Source of the DNA: an uncultured virus (IMG/VR IMGVR_UViG_3300043427_002205)
Taxonomy: Duplodnaviria > Heunggongvirae > Uroviricota > Caudoviricetes
Reading direction: 5' to 3' (one strand)
IMG/VR virus record: IMGVR_UViG_3300043427_002205
Length of the DNA: 64,000 nt
How positions within the stretch are numbered: the first letter of the stretch is position 1; the number at the start of each line of letters is the position of its first letter. Both the position numbers and the translations under genes were made by a program. Under the pieces are notes generated by a model, which saw only the letters and a list, made by a program, of their open reading frames with translations, was not told the DNA's origin and made no database searches. Positions 28,366 to 36,766 of the stretch are shown one piece after another.

Positions 28366-28968
28366 TTAGAGAACGCCAAGATCGTTGTTGTTTTCAATTA
28401 CCCAATAATCATAGGCAAAAGTAACATCAAAAGTTTCAAGCTCATCGGTTCTATTCCAATCTAGTTCAATAGCGCCAACTTCAGTAGGAAACAAGTTGAT
28501 GAACTTGTATGCTCTAATTGCCAACTCTTCTGGACCCTTGCTGAACTGACGAACTATTGCAGTGGCCTGATAATCTGCCGGTCTAGATGTAGCACCAGAG
28601 TTCTTAATGTTTGTCTCGTGGCCATTTATTGAAGCCAACCACTTCTCCATCGACTTTCTAATAATGAAATCTTCATCATTAATTACTGTTATTTTCCAGG
28701 GCTCAAATGTTCTTGCTCCGGCAACCTTAACCTTACGACCAAAGTACCCAACATCAATCGCATCAACCTTACTTGCTGGAAGACTTGTTGCGTTTGCTAA
28801 AAATGCAACCTTTCTCTCAACCACGGGGGCTGGAATTGCTGTTGCATCAGTAATACCATTGTTTACTGGATCAGCCAAAGCTGGAAGGCTTAACTGAACC
28901 TGAAACAGAGAGGGGCGAGCCCCTCCGAAGGTCAGTTGGTTCTTAAATTGATTTACGTTAAATGTCAT
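28366..28968 (-). CDS. gp19: Tail tube protein
   Basis: GGARPSLFQV, GRKVKVAGARTFEPWKITVINDEDF, FPTEVGAIELDW, FAYDYW. Confidence 0.95.
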   Translation of the reverse strand: MTFNVNQFKNQLTFGGARPSLFQVQLSLPALADPVNNGITDATAIPAPVVERKVAFLANATSLPASKVDAIDVGYFGRKVKVAGARTFEPWKITVINDEDFIIRKSMEKWLASINGHETNIKNSGATSRPADYQATAIVRQFSKGPEELAIRAYKFINLFPTEVGAIELDWNRTDELETFDVTFAYDYWVIENNNDLGVL

Positions 28969-29004
28969 TGTTAAATCTCCTTAAAATATCGGTATATGTA
29001 TTTA

Positions 29005-30960
29005 TTAAGCCTTTCCAACTATTTCAGAGAAATCAACACCAGTTCTAACAGCGATGAAGTTGAGTTGGATAAAATTGATCGCCCTAGCTGGTTTTATGTA
29101 AATGTCACCAACAAACTCGTTTCTATCTATAACTTCTGCGGTATTATTTGACCTATCGCAAACAACCTTGAAGTCATATATACCACGACGACCCTGAACA
29201 TCTCTCAAGAACGGCTCAACGAGATTTCTGAACTGCTGACGAGTAAACTCATCATTGAACTCGAACAACATATACTTAGCCGCCCTTGCAATTGCCTTTT
29301 CAAGAACAATGAACAATCTGCGAACATTGATTCTATCAAATGCGCTTGGCTTTGACTGGAGAGTCTTGTCGCCGAACAATAGTGTGCCCTGACCAGGAGT
29401 AGAAATTACAGGATTTATACTGTTCAAGTATAAATCATCCCTCTCAGCCTTGTATGGGCTATATGCCAACTTCACTACATTCTTGATTAAACCACGATTG
29501 TAGCCAGCAGGAGACCACCAAGGATCTTGATTAACATCTGTACGAACGCAGATACCGGCAATATCACCGTTTAATGGAATCCATCTGAATGTATCATTGT
29601 ACTTATCGTACTGATATTTCCAGTTGTTGTCCATTACTGCGTAAGAAGTTGAAAGGTTCAAGCTATTCTTGAAAGCTATTGTATCAACAACCTCATTTCC
29701 TGAGTTATTTACGACATCTGCTCTCTCTGGCGAAAAGAATGCAACGCAATCAAGACGCTCTTCGCAAATGTTACCAACTACGTAGTTAACTGTGGCCGCA
29801 TTTGCCTCACCCAAAAGAACTAGAGCAACGTCAACTTCTTCGGCATTCTTAAACAAGTCGTATCCAAGAAGACGCTTAGACAAAAATTCAGTTGTGGTAG
29901 TAGTGTTACCATCAACTCCACCACTAAGGCTATTGGTGGTTGGAAGTTGTGTTGCACTTGCTGCCAATGGCAAAAAGTCAACCGCACCAACAGGGCTTCC
30001 CCAGGTAGTTGTTTCTTGGTGGTCTAGCCAACGAATATACTGAGAGCTTCTATTTACTGCATCTACGTAATATATTGATGTTCCATCGGCAGACTTGGCG
30101 TTAGACGCCTTAGAGAGAAATGCATATCGCTCAAGAACTGTGCCCTTGATACCGCTTATGATGCCATCTTCGTCAACCACAACAACGTGAAGTTCATCAC
30201 GAGTACCACCGGCTGCTGCAACTACATCAGACGTGCCTGGAGCAATACCAAATACATCAGCATATTCCCATCTTGCAGTTAAAGTTCCTGTAGTTATTGC
30301 TGTATTAAGAGCAACATCTATGGTTATAGTGTCGGTTGAAGGATTAATTGCAACAACTGTTCTTTCTTGATTAGAGGCTGCATGTTTGATTATAGAGCCA
30401 ACTACAACCTCATTTTCGGGCGCAGCTCCGGTTCCGGTTAATGTAGTAGAGCCCAGTGTTCCGGAGTAAGTGCCGGTCAGGGTCTTGTTAAAGGCTTGTG
30501 CACTTGGACAAATTGAAACTTTTAGAGTATTTCCCAAAACTCCTGGGTATTTTGCCGCCCAATTTCCAGCTTTTCCTTCTCCTGAAGAGTAACTCGTTTC
30601 ATAATGAGCATCGTTTTTTATTAGTAGTCCGAAAGTTCTATTTTCTGGCAAAGGGGCAGAATCTTCATTTACTGCGGCTGTTGCATTCTTTGCAATAGTC
30701 TCCTCAGCAACACGAACCAAGCGAAGTTTATCGCCATATGCCAAAAAGTTTGCTGCGGTGAAAAATGAAGTTGCCGTATTGTTATCTGGCTTGCCGAATC
30801 TCTTAACAAGAAGGTTTTCGTCTCCTACTAAAACTATTTCATTTAGTGGTCCCCATGTAAAGGCTCCTACGAAAGCACCATCTGTTGTAGATACAGAAGG
30901 AACAATAGTGGTAAGATCCTTCTCGGTTACTACTACTCCTGGCGATACTTGAAATCCCAT
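29005..30960 (-). CDS. gp18: Tail sheath protein
   Basis: QVSPGVVVTEKDLT, WWSPAGYNRG, GDKT, FDRINVRRLF, IKPARAINFI. Confidence 0.98.
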   Translation of the reverse strand: MGFQVSPGVVVTEKDLTTIVPSVSTTDGAFVGAFTWGPLNEIVLVGDENLLVKRFGKPDNNTATSFFTAANFLAYGDKLRLVRVAEETIAKNATAAVNEDSAPLPENRTFGLLIKNDAHYETSYSSGEGKAGNWAAKYPGVLGNTLKVSICPSAQAFNKTLTGTYSGTLGSTTLTGTGAAPENEVVVGSIIKHAASNQERTVVAINPSTDTITIDVALNTAITTGTLTARWEYADVFGIAPGTSDVVAAAGGTRDELHVVVVDEDGIISGIKGTVLERYAFLSKASNAKSADGTSIYYVDAVNRSSQYIRWLDHQETTTWGSPVGAVDFLPLAASATQLPTTNSLSGGVDGNTTTTTEFLSKRLLGYDLFKNAEEVDVALVLLGEANAATVNYVVGNICEERLDCVAFFSPERADVVNNSGNEVVDTIAFKNSLNLSTSYAVMDNNWKYQYDKYNDTFRWIPLNGDIAGICVRTDVNQDPWWSPAGYNRGLIKNVVKLAYSPYKAERDDLYLNSINPVISTPGQGTLLFGDKTLQSKPSAFDRINVRRLFIVLEKAIARAAKYMLFEFNDEFTRQQFRNLVEPFLRDVQGRRGIYDFKVVCDRSNNTAEVIDRNEFVGDIYIKPARAINFIQLNFIAVRTGVDFSEIVGKA

Positions 30961-31018
30961 GTCTATCTCCTATTATAATTAAGAATACCGTTTATATTGG
31001 TAGTTTTCTTTTGCTTTA

Positions 31019-31026
31019 TATTTATA
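31019..31026 (-). promoter_or_regulatory. Late promoter TATAAATA for gp18
   Basis: Exact motif upstream of AGGAG SD. Confidence 0.75.
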
Positions 31027-31074
31027 AAAAAATGTTTCTTATGAAATGTCAGAACTATACGTGTTCTGTATTTA

Positions 31075-33969
31075 TCACTTATATTTTTGCCAGAAATATT
31101 TATCTAAGTTATAGTAATCTGTAGTTTCGTCGGAAACTTCTTCCCAAACATTTCCTTCAGAATCTACGGTACGTTCGGGCTCATATGAATCATTTATGTA
31201 TCCGAAGGGCAAAACTTCTTCCTGCATGTTTTCAATTTTTTCTTCGGCTATCTTGGCCCTAACATTTATATTGGTAATTTCTTTAAACGGTGCTTGTGTA
31301 GTTAACCACGAAAACATAACTAGGGTCATGACCAAATCGTCATGACATCCTGGCTCGGCAGAATATGTCGTATAATTTGAGACAAATGAGGTTAGCTCAG
31401 TTATAATATTATAATCTTGAACTAATAGCTTATTAGTTTCTATAAGCTCTTTTAAATTTGCACACCCAATTGATTTTATTTGAGTGGTCATTTTTATGCC
31501 TAATTTTGCATTTTTTCTAAACCCAGCCGAAATTCTTTGTCCACCTCGACCCATATTGGTTGTTGCAAATACATTTTCATATTCTAAATCTTTATGTAAA
31601 AGATCTACTACTTGAGAGCCGATGCTATTACTCTCAATTAAACAATGCGCAGAATTATATCTCAATGCAGTATTAAATATAACTGATGGAAAAACCATCG
31701 GAGATATTTTATTATTGTAGTATTTCGCAACAATTTTATACGGCACTTCAGATACATCAACAACAGTAAATGCTGAGTAGTCTAAATTTTGACCCTCTGA
31801 CGTATCAACTGAGATAACATATATATGATTTGGCTTAGGGTCTTCATACACATCTAAGCTGTCTGCTATTTTTTTAATTGGGTCAATCCAAGTTAAAGTT
31901 TTTAACTTTGTTCCTGAAATTAAAGTGTTGGTCGATCCCAAGAATTCTGTGTTAAACTCTTGGTCAAACTTTTCTTTACCTAGCTGCTTTATTTGATCTT
32001 CAGCCCATCGCTGGTCTCTGCCAGGAACAACCGACCAATGTGCCTCTATGGGTTTATATAAGTTTCTGTTATTGATAGCATCTGTCCAGAATCTATAAAA
32101 TAAATTCATTCCATTTGGAGTAGACACCATTATAACTTTAGTCGTATTACCCGAAGAAATTGTTGGATATACTGAAGTGATGAATTCTTCGGCGATGTTT
32201 TGTGGCACGAAGGCAAATTCATCTAAAAATATGCACTGGTGAACTAAAAAGTTATTACAATAATAACTATGAGTATCTTCAACTTCTAATAGATCATACA
32301 CATCAATTTTTTTATGGCATTCTATGTTGGTGACTTCATAAAAATAACCATCAAAATTTAATATGCTTCTACCCAAACAATCTTTAGCTTCAATATAACC
32401 AATGTCAGTAAATAGCATGTGCTCTGAGGTGCACACAATTTCGCCAGCATCACTAGTTAATTTTATCGTGTTTTGTTTTTTGGTTTTCTTTATTCCGCAA
32501 AAGTCTTTGTATCCTTTTTCTGTGAGAACTTCGATTTTTTTAAATTCTCTTTGTGGTCTTCTGTTAAAGGTTTGCCAAGTTTTGCCTGACGCATTTTTTC
32601 TAGAACTTCTTGAGAGTATATTCCTTTCTTCCCTTTGTTCCAAGGAACACGACCCTTTGCAGCGTCGCTCATTCTTGTTCTCGACTCTTCTGAGCGTTTC
32701 ATGCCACGATGCGTCTCTGCCATTTTTCGTATCTTTTCCGGATTCTTGTTGATTTTTGCAACATGTTCTGGAGATTTCTTTAGTCCAGTTAAGCCCCTCG
32801 ATATATTCTCTCGATGCCTCTGTGTCTTGGGAATTCCTCTGAGTCTTCCCAAGTTGGCCTTGGATATTTTTTCCTTTGCTGTTTGAGATAGAGTTTTTCC
32901 TAATTGAATTTCTCTTAAACAATCTCGCAAACGAGCAGATTCTCGACTGCTTACCCTGTGGTATTGTCTCGTATGAGTCATCATGGCATAGGCCCACATC
33001 ATACTTGTTTTGTACTCTTCGGTTACAAATTTTGTTAAAAGTCTGTGACAAATAATGTGATGTCTTGTTGGCAAAGCAACTAAATTTTCTAAAGAATCTG
33101 AGCCGCCCATGCTTCTTGGAATCATATGATGCTTCTCTAATCTCACATTCAGATGCGAGTAGTCTTTTGTCACTATTTTCATGTATAAGTTTTTGTATTT
33201 GTTCTCTATGAACATATTGAACCTCATTACCATAATCTCGTCTTTCATATTTAGACGAATTGGCAATTACTTTATACAATTCTTTTAGAGAAATTTCAAA
33301 CTCTTCACCATCGATTTTAATCTTGGTGATGGAGTCTCCTGATACACAATTAAATGTATTACCACGAGCAGAAGATGATGCGGTGGCTGCCGCAATAACT
33401 TTGGAACCATTTTCTAATTCAATGGAACCTTTGTTCCAAATTTGAACACCTTGCTGCATCCACATAGGTATGTGCTCATATGCAAGCCTGAGCTTTGACA
33501 ATATATCTCTGGCTGTTGATGCCTTATTTGCCAATATTGCTATGTTTTGCATCGGGCCGAACAATACTGTCCAGAGAATGTATGCTATGGTTACGGTTGA
33601 GTTGTGGCTTAAAATATTGTTGGTATAGAATCTATGGTCATTTGATTCTACCGTAAGATCAAACATATTTGATGACGAGTCTAGTTTTTTCACAGACTTA
33701 ATGACTTCTGCGCCATCTTTAGTCTGTATTTTTGTTAGTCCGGCAATGCAATCTTTTAGATATATTTCATCTAAGTTAGAATCAAATAATATGTGAGTAT
33801 CGGCTGCAATTAAAGATTTGCCACTATCGGTTACAACTTCCCACTTATCATACTCTATTGTTTTATGAATGTGGGTAAGAGGTTGCCATCCAGAATCAGT
33901 TAGAATCTCGAAATCACCAGTCAATTCTATCGTATCAATAAATTTTCTTTCTACTTGTTCAGAAAGCAT
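31075..33969 (-). CDS. gp17: Terminase large subunit, C-terminal precursor: IntC of split intein 1, 84-aa extein, contiguous intein 2, 386-aa extein
   Basis: Exteins STVT..., ILANKASTAR, WNKGSIELENGS, IFLDEFAF (Walker B), STPNG.N, nuclease VDTSEG..DYS and HDDLVM. Start ATG 33969 or GTG 33975. Confidence 0.95.
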   Translation of the reverse strand: MLSEQVERKFIDTIELTGDFEILTDSGWQPLTHIHKTIEYDKWEVVTDSGKSLIAADTHILFDSNLDEIYLKDCIAGLTKIQTKDGAEVIKSVKKLDSSSNMFDLTVESNDHRFYTNNILSHNSTVTIAYILWTVLFGPMQNIAILANKASTARDILSKLRLAYEHIPMWMQQGVQIWNKGSIELENGSKVIAAATASSSARGNTFNCVSGDSITKIKIDGEEFEISLKELYKVIANSSKYERRDYGNEVQYVHREQIQKLIHENSDKRLLASECEIREASYDSKKHGRLRFFRKFSCFANKTSHYLSQTFNKICNRRVQNKYDVGLCHDDSYETIPQGKQSRICSFARLFKRNSIRKNSISNSKGKNIQGQLGKTQRNSQDTEASREYIEGLNWTKEISRTCCKNQQESGKDTKNGRDASWHETLRRVENKNERRCKGSCSLEQREERNILSRSSRKNASGKTWQTFNRRPQREFKKIEVLTEKGYKDFCGIKKTKKQNTIKLTSDAGEIVCTSEHMLFTDIGYIEAKDCLGRSILNFDGYFYEVTNIECHKKIDVYDLLEVEDTHSYYCNNFLVHQCIFLDEFAFVPQNIAEEFITSVYPTISSGNTTKVIMVSTPNGMNLFYRFWTDAINNRNLYKPIEAHWSVVPGRDQRWAEDQIKQLGKEKFDQEFNTEFLGSTNTLISGTKLKTLTWIDPIKKIADSLDVYEDPKPNHIYVISVDTSEGQNLDYSAFTVVDVSEVPYKIVAKYYNNKISPMVFPSVIFNTALRYNSAHCLIESNSIGSQVVDLLHKDLEYENVFATTNMGRGGQRISAGFRKNAKLGIKMTTQIKSIGCANLKELIETNKLLVQDYNIITELTSFVSNYTTYSAEPGCHDDLVMTLVMFSWLTTQAPFKEITNINVRAKIAEEKIENMQEEVLPFGYINDSYEPERTVDSEGNVWEEVSDETTDYYNLDKYFWQKYK
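32490..33215 (-). CDS. HNH homing endonuclease with NUMOD3 repeats, nested in the +1 frame inside intein 2
   Basis: MFIENKY start; EKHHMIPRSMGGSDSLENLVALPTRHHIICHRLL (HNH); NUMOD3-like repeats GKTLSQTAKEKISKA, GMKRSEESRTRMS, GKPLTEDHKENLK; SD GAGGT 5 nt before ATG 33215. Confidence 0.88.
   Translation of the reverse strand: MFIENKYKNLYMKIVTKDYSHLNVRLEKHHMIPRSMGGSDSLENLVALPTRHHIICHRLLTKFVTEEYKTSMMWAYAMMTHTRQYHRVSSRESARLRDCLREIQLGKTLSQTAKEKISKANLGRLRGIPKTQRHRENISRGLTGLKKSPEHVAKINKNPEKIRKMAETHRGMKRSEESRTRMSDAAKGRVPWNKGKKGIYSQEVLEKMRQAKLGKPLTEDHKENLKKSKFSQKKDTKTFAE
33248..33255 (-). promoter_or_regulatory. Late promoter variant (TCTAAATA) inside intein 2, upstream of the nested HNH gene
   Basis: CTAAATA 33 nt before ATG 33215; the same variant precedes gp3 and gp20. 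Confidence 0.55.
33601..33969 (-). mobile_element. C-terminal fragment (IntC, about 123 aa) of atypically split intein 1
   Basis: FEILTDSGW, AADTH (block B), MFDLTV (block F), LSHN|STVT (block G). Confidence 0.92.
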
Positions 33970-34988
33970 AAACACTCATCTATAACTTTTTTTGGATTTT
34001 GTTTGTATTCAGATTCCCAAATTATTAAATAATCATATCCATTATCCATCGCAAACTTTTGTTTGATTAAATCAATATTCCATTTATCTTTAGCCGACAT
34101 ATTTAATCTGGCGTGAAAATAGTTGGCATCATATTTTGATGGATTGCAATGCCAGTAATCACCATGATATTCAATTATCTTATTTTTACACATCATGTCA
34201 TATATCCAACTAGAGCCAACTATCGATTGTTGAGTTTTTAAATCGAAATGTTTAGCTAGTATATCTGAAAGTTCTCTTTCAGCTTTAGAGATGCATATGT
34301 CAGGATTCATTTTTTTCTGATTGATTAAAGTTTTTTCTTCTGGACTTTTTGCATCTAACGTGGCTAACCACTTTTCTTGTCTAGCTTTCCAGATTTCAGT
34401 TCCCTTTTCTTGACCAAATTTTTTGACACATTTTTCAAGAGAAAAGGTTGACTGGCGTTTAGACAGCTCTTTTTGTGCATCTTCGTGAGAAAATCCACGC
34501 TTAATATAAAATTCCGTCGTGGTGTTTGTGTTGTGCGACTCCTTACGCTTTTTTGATATTCTCTCATGAATTTTTGCATCTTTACCGTGAATAAATTTTT
34601 CTGAAAATGGTGAATATTTTCCTCCATGCTGATACGCTGGATTCTTATCACCTTTAATTCTTTCAGATTGCTCTTTTAGGTAAGATTCACTTCTTATTGC
34701 AGAATTTGGAAATTTTTCTTTGTACTCATCAATAGTGCAGTGCATCCGCGTGATATGAGATGTCAAGTCATTCGATTTCATTTCACAAAGCTCACACTTA
34801 ACCGCATGGATTAAATTTTTATTTTTTTCGAGTTTGGCAACTCTCATTCTTTCAAGTTGTGCTTGATATAGTTGCTCTGTTCGTTTTTTCCTACATTCAT
34901 CAGAGCAGCAAGCGCTTTTCGTGCTCTTCACAAACTGCTTTGCACAAACTAAGCAATTCTTCAAATTTTGAATCTTTGCAGATTTCAT
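33951..34988 (-). CDS. Free-standing Vsr/PD-(D/E)XK-like homing endonuclease between the split intein halves
   Basis: N-terminal Cys/His zinc motifs (CLVC..CCSDEC, CELC..HITRMH); C-terminal YD...IIEYHGDYWHCNP...D..K...A...GY..LIIWESE; overlaps both intein halves. Confidence 0.88.
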   Translation of the reverse strand: MKSAKIQNLKNCLVCAKQFVKSTKSACCSDECRKKRTEQLYQAQLERMRVAKLEKNKNLIHAVKCELCEMKSNDLTSHITRMHCTIDEYKEKFPNSAIRSESYLKEQSERIKGDKNPAYQHGGKYSPFSEKFIHGKDAKIHERISKKRKESHNTNTTTEFYIKRGFSHEDAQKELSKRQSTFSLEKCVKKFGQEKGTEIWKARQEKWLATLDAKSPEEKTLINQKKMNPDICISKAERELSDILAKHFDLKTQQSIVGSSWIYDMMCKNKIIEYHGDYWHCNPSKYDANYFHARLNMSAKDKWNIDLIKQKFAMDNGYDYLIIWESEYKQNPKKVIDECLCFLNK

Positions 34989-35064
34989 AAAGTTTTCCTA
35001 TTTCTAAAGTTATAATATAAGTTTTTTTGTATCTTATCACAACTTTAGTATTTATGTCAACACA
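34900..35064 (-). mobile_element. N-terminal fragment (IntN, 54 aa) of atypically split intein 1, at Walker A
   Basis: LPRQVGK|CVDINTKVVIR...IGKLYE; matches short TerL-type IntN fragments. Confidence 0.9.
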
Positions 35065-35337
35065 TTTTCCAACCTGGCGCGGAAGTTTCGCTATGGTAAA
35101 TCTATGATCAATATACGACTTCAATAACTCTTTTTGAAAATCATACAAATCAAATGGCACCAAACCTTTATCGACATGAACAATTTTCATGTACTTTTGA
35201 ATGAAGTAGAGTGGATCTTGAGTGCATCTAATTCTCTCTTCTATCTGCTCTCTGGTAAAAACGTACTCAACACCAGGAGCCTTTAAAGTAGGATTGCCTT
35301 TGTATATTCTTATTTGATTTGTTGGTATTGCATTCAT
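34900..35337 (-). CDS. gp17: Terminase large subunit, N-terminal precursor (91-aa extein plus IntN)
   Basis: YKGNPTLK, DPLYFIQKYMKIV, FDLYDFQ, LPRQVGK. Confidence 0.95.
   Translation of the reverse strand: MNAIPTNQIRIYKGNPTLKAPGVEYVFTREQIEERIRCTQDPLYFIQKYMKIVHVDKGLVPFDLYDFQKELLKSYIDHRFTIAKLPRQVGKCVDINTKVVIRYKKTYIITLEIGKLYEICKDSKFEELLSLCKAVCEEHEKRLLL
35049..35056 (-). promoter_or_regulatory. Late promoter (CATAAATA) inside IntN, upstream of the endonuclease
   Basis: Motif about 60 nt upstream of ATG 34988, which has an AGGA SD. Confidence 0.55.
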
Positions 35338-35345
35338 ATTAAAAC

Positions 35346-35855
35346 CTACTCGCCCAACTTCTTCTTAGTCATATTTGCAATGATCTCATCTAATTGTGCG
35401 GTGTTTCCAATGAAAAGATTGTTATTAACAATTTCGCTAGATTCAGATTTTCCCGAATCGCTTTCAATTTTGTTCTTATCTTTATGTATCGTCATTAAGT
35501 CTTTTTGAGCACTAGCGATAGTATTCACCATTAATGAAATTACTTCATATGCTCTCGGATGCTGACTTTGTTGCGCAATATCAACTAGGCTATTAAGAGC
35601 GTCGATTGACCTTTCAGTTATTGTATATAAGTTATTTCTTATATAATTATAATCAGTTTCTAAATGATTTGAGTTTGAATCTATTACAACTAAATCTGCT
35701 TTATGCTTATCTTCAGGTGTTTTTTTAGGCTCTACTTTTATATGCGAGTCTTCACCTTCAACCTCAAGAGTATTTTCAAGAATTTTTTTTAAATCATCTT
35801 CAGTAGCAATAAAATCATTGTCTAAAAATTCATATTTTTTCACCTTATCACTCAT
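35346..35855 (-). CDS. gp16: Terminase small subunit
   Basis: DYNYIRNNLY, AQQSQHPRAYEV, VNNNLFIGNTAQL. Confidence 0.93.
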   Translation of the reverse strand: MSDKVKKYEFLDNDFIATEDDLKKILENTLEVEGEDSHIKVEPKKTPEDKHKADLVVIDSNSNHLETDYNYIRNNLYTITERSIDALNSLVDIAQQSQHPRAYEVISLMVNTIASAQKDLMTIHKDKNKIESDSGKSESSEIVNNNLFIGNTAQLDEIIANMTKKKLGE

Positions 35856-35870
35856 TCATAACCTCATATT

Positions 35871-36761
35871 TTATTTTATGGTGGGTTTATATACTATTAG
35901 GTCACTCTCAATAACACCGGTTGCAATTTTATGTGTAATTTGAACATCTACTCCGGTTGCCGGATCTCTAACCTTGTCGTCATTAAATGTTTCTACTGTT
36001 TCAATATATCCAAAGGTCTCGTCAAATTTTGCATCTGCCGGATCTATATCTGTAGTAACTCTAAACACTCTAGGTATAGTTTGCCTAACCATTGGATCAT
36101 CTAGGTCAGCCGAAATTCTAGCTGCATATGTGTCTACTATAGTTTTAGTTATCAATTCTCTGCTCATTACTGGACCATAGAATATGGCTTTAACTGTAAA
36201 GTTAAGGTTCCACATCACTTGTCTTCTACTAGACCAATCTTGAGAATATGAGTCGTCTAAAGATACATTATTTAAAATTACCGGAACATCATCTTTATGA
36301 TTTAATTCTGGTATTGTATTTACCGTTACAGTAAACCCCGGAGTAAACCAAGGTATAATTTGTTCAAAAATTTGATTTGCCTCGTCTATATATTTTGATA
36401 TTATTGTTAAAGTTATGCCAATATCATAGGGCACACCATTATATTGGTGATTAACTGTACCGCTAGAATCAGTTTTCGATATCTGCTTCTTTATAGTATT
36501 TAACTTTCTATCACTATCATAACTAATTGAAACTATTTCAAATGCCATTCTGGGCAATTTTATTGAATATGTGCGGTCTAGATTAGGATCTGAATTTAAT
36601 CTAGCTAAAAACTTTTCTGTTGGTCCATATGATAACGGCACTCTAAGACGCTCAACCTCATTTTCACCAAGCCGTCGAACAACAATAATATTGGAAAATA
36701 TTAACCCAAAGCTGGCTATTATTTTTCTTAATGTTTGGTGATAAAATGGCTTTCCAAACAT
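35871..36761 (-). CDS. gp15: Tail sheath stabiliser/terminator
   Basis: FYHQTLRKII.SFG..F, VPLSYGP.EKFL, LPRMAFE, QIFEQIIPWFTP. Confidence 0.93.
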   Translation of the reverse strand: MFGKPFYHQTLRKIIASFGLIFSNIIVVRRLGENEVERLRVPLSYGPTEKFLARLNSDPNLDRTYSIKLPRMAFEIVSISYDSDRKLNTIKKQISKTDSSGTVNHQYNGVPYDIGITLTIISKYIDEANQIFEQIIPWFTPGFTVTVNTIPELNHKDDVPVILNNVSLDDSYSQDWSSRRQVMWNLNFTVKAIFYGPVMSRELITKTIVDTYAARISADLDDPMVRQTIPRVFRVTTDIDPADAKFDETFGYIETVETFNDDKVRDPATGVDVQITHKIATGVIESDLIVYKPTIK

Positions 36762-36766
36762 AAACT

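Larger units (their letters stand above)
32236..33348 (-). mobile_element. Contiguous intein 2 in gp17 (371 aa, Cys1 ... His-Gln/Cys+1), inserted just before Walker B
   Basis: FN|CVSGDSIT (block A), CTSEH (block B), VYDLLEVEDTHSYYCN (block F), VHQ|CIFLDE (block G). Confidence 0.9.

Noticed and set aside
32490..33266. Group I intron as carrier of the nested HNH gene
   Set aside because: The ORF fills the insert, leaving no room for a ribozyme core, and the open host frame makes RNA splicing unnecessary; not formally excluded without RT-PCR
34364..34651. 95-aa ORF within the Vsr-like endonuclease
   Set aside because: Lies in the third frame (not the terminase frame) and has no intein or other motif
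33951..34988. Stop-codon recoding, read-through or a sequencing frameshift explaining the broken terminase
   Set aside because: The host frame contains many TGA, TAG and TAA stops; other genes end normally with all three stops; intact IntN/IntC motifs explain the break
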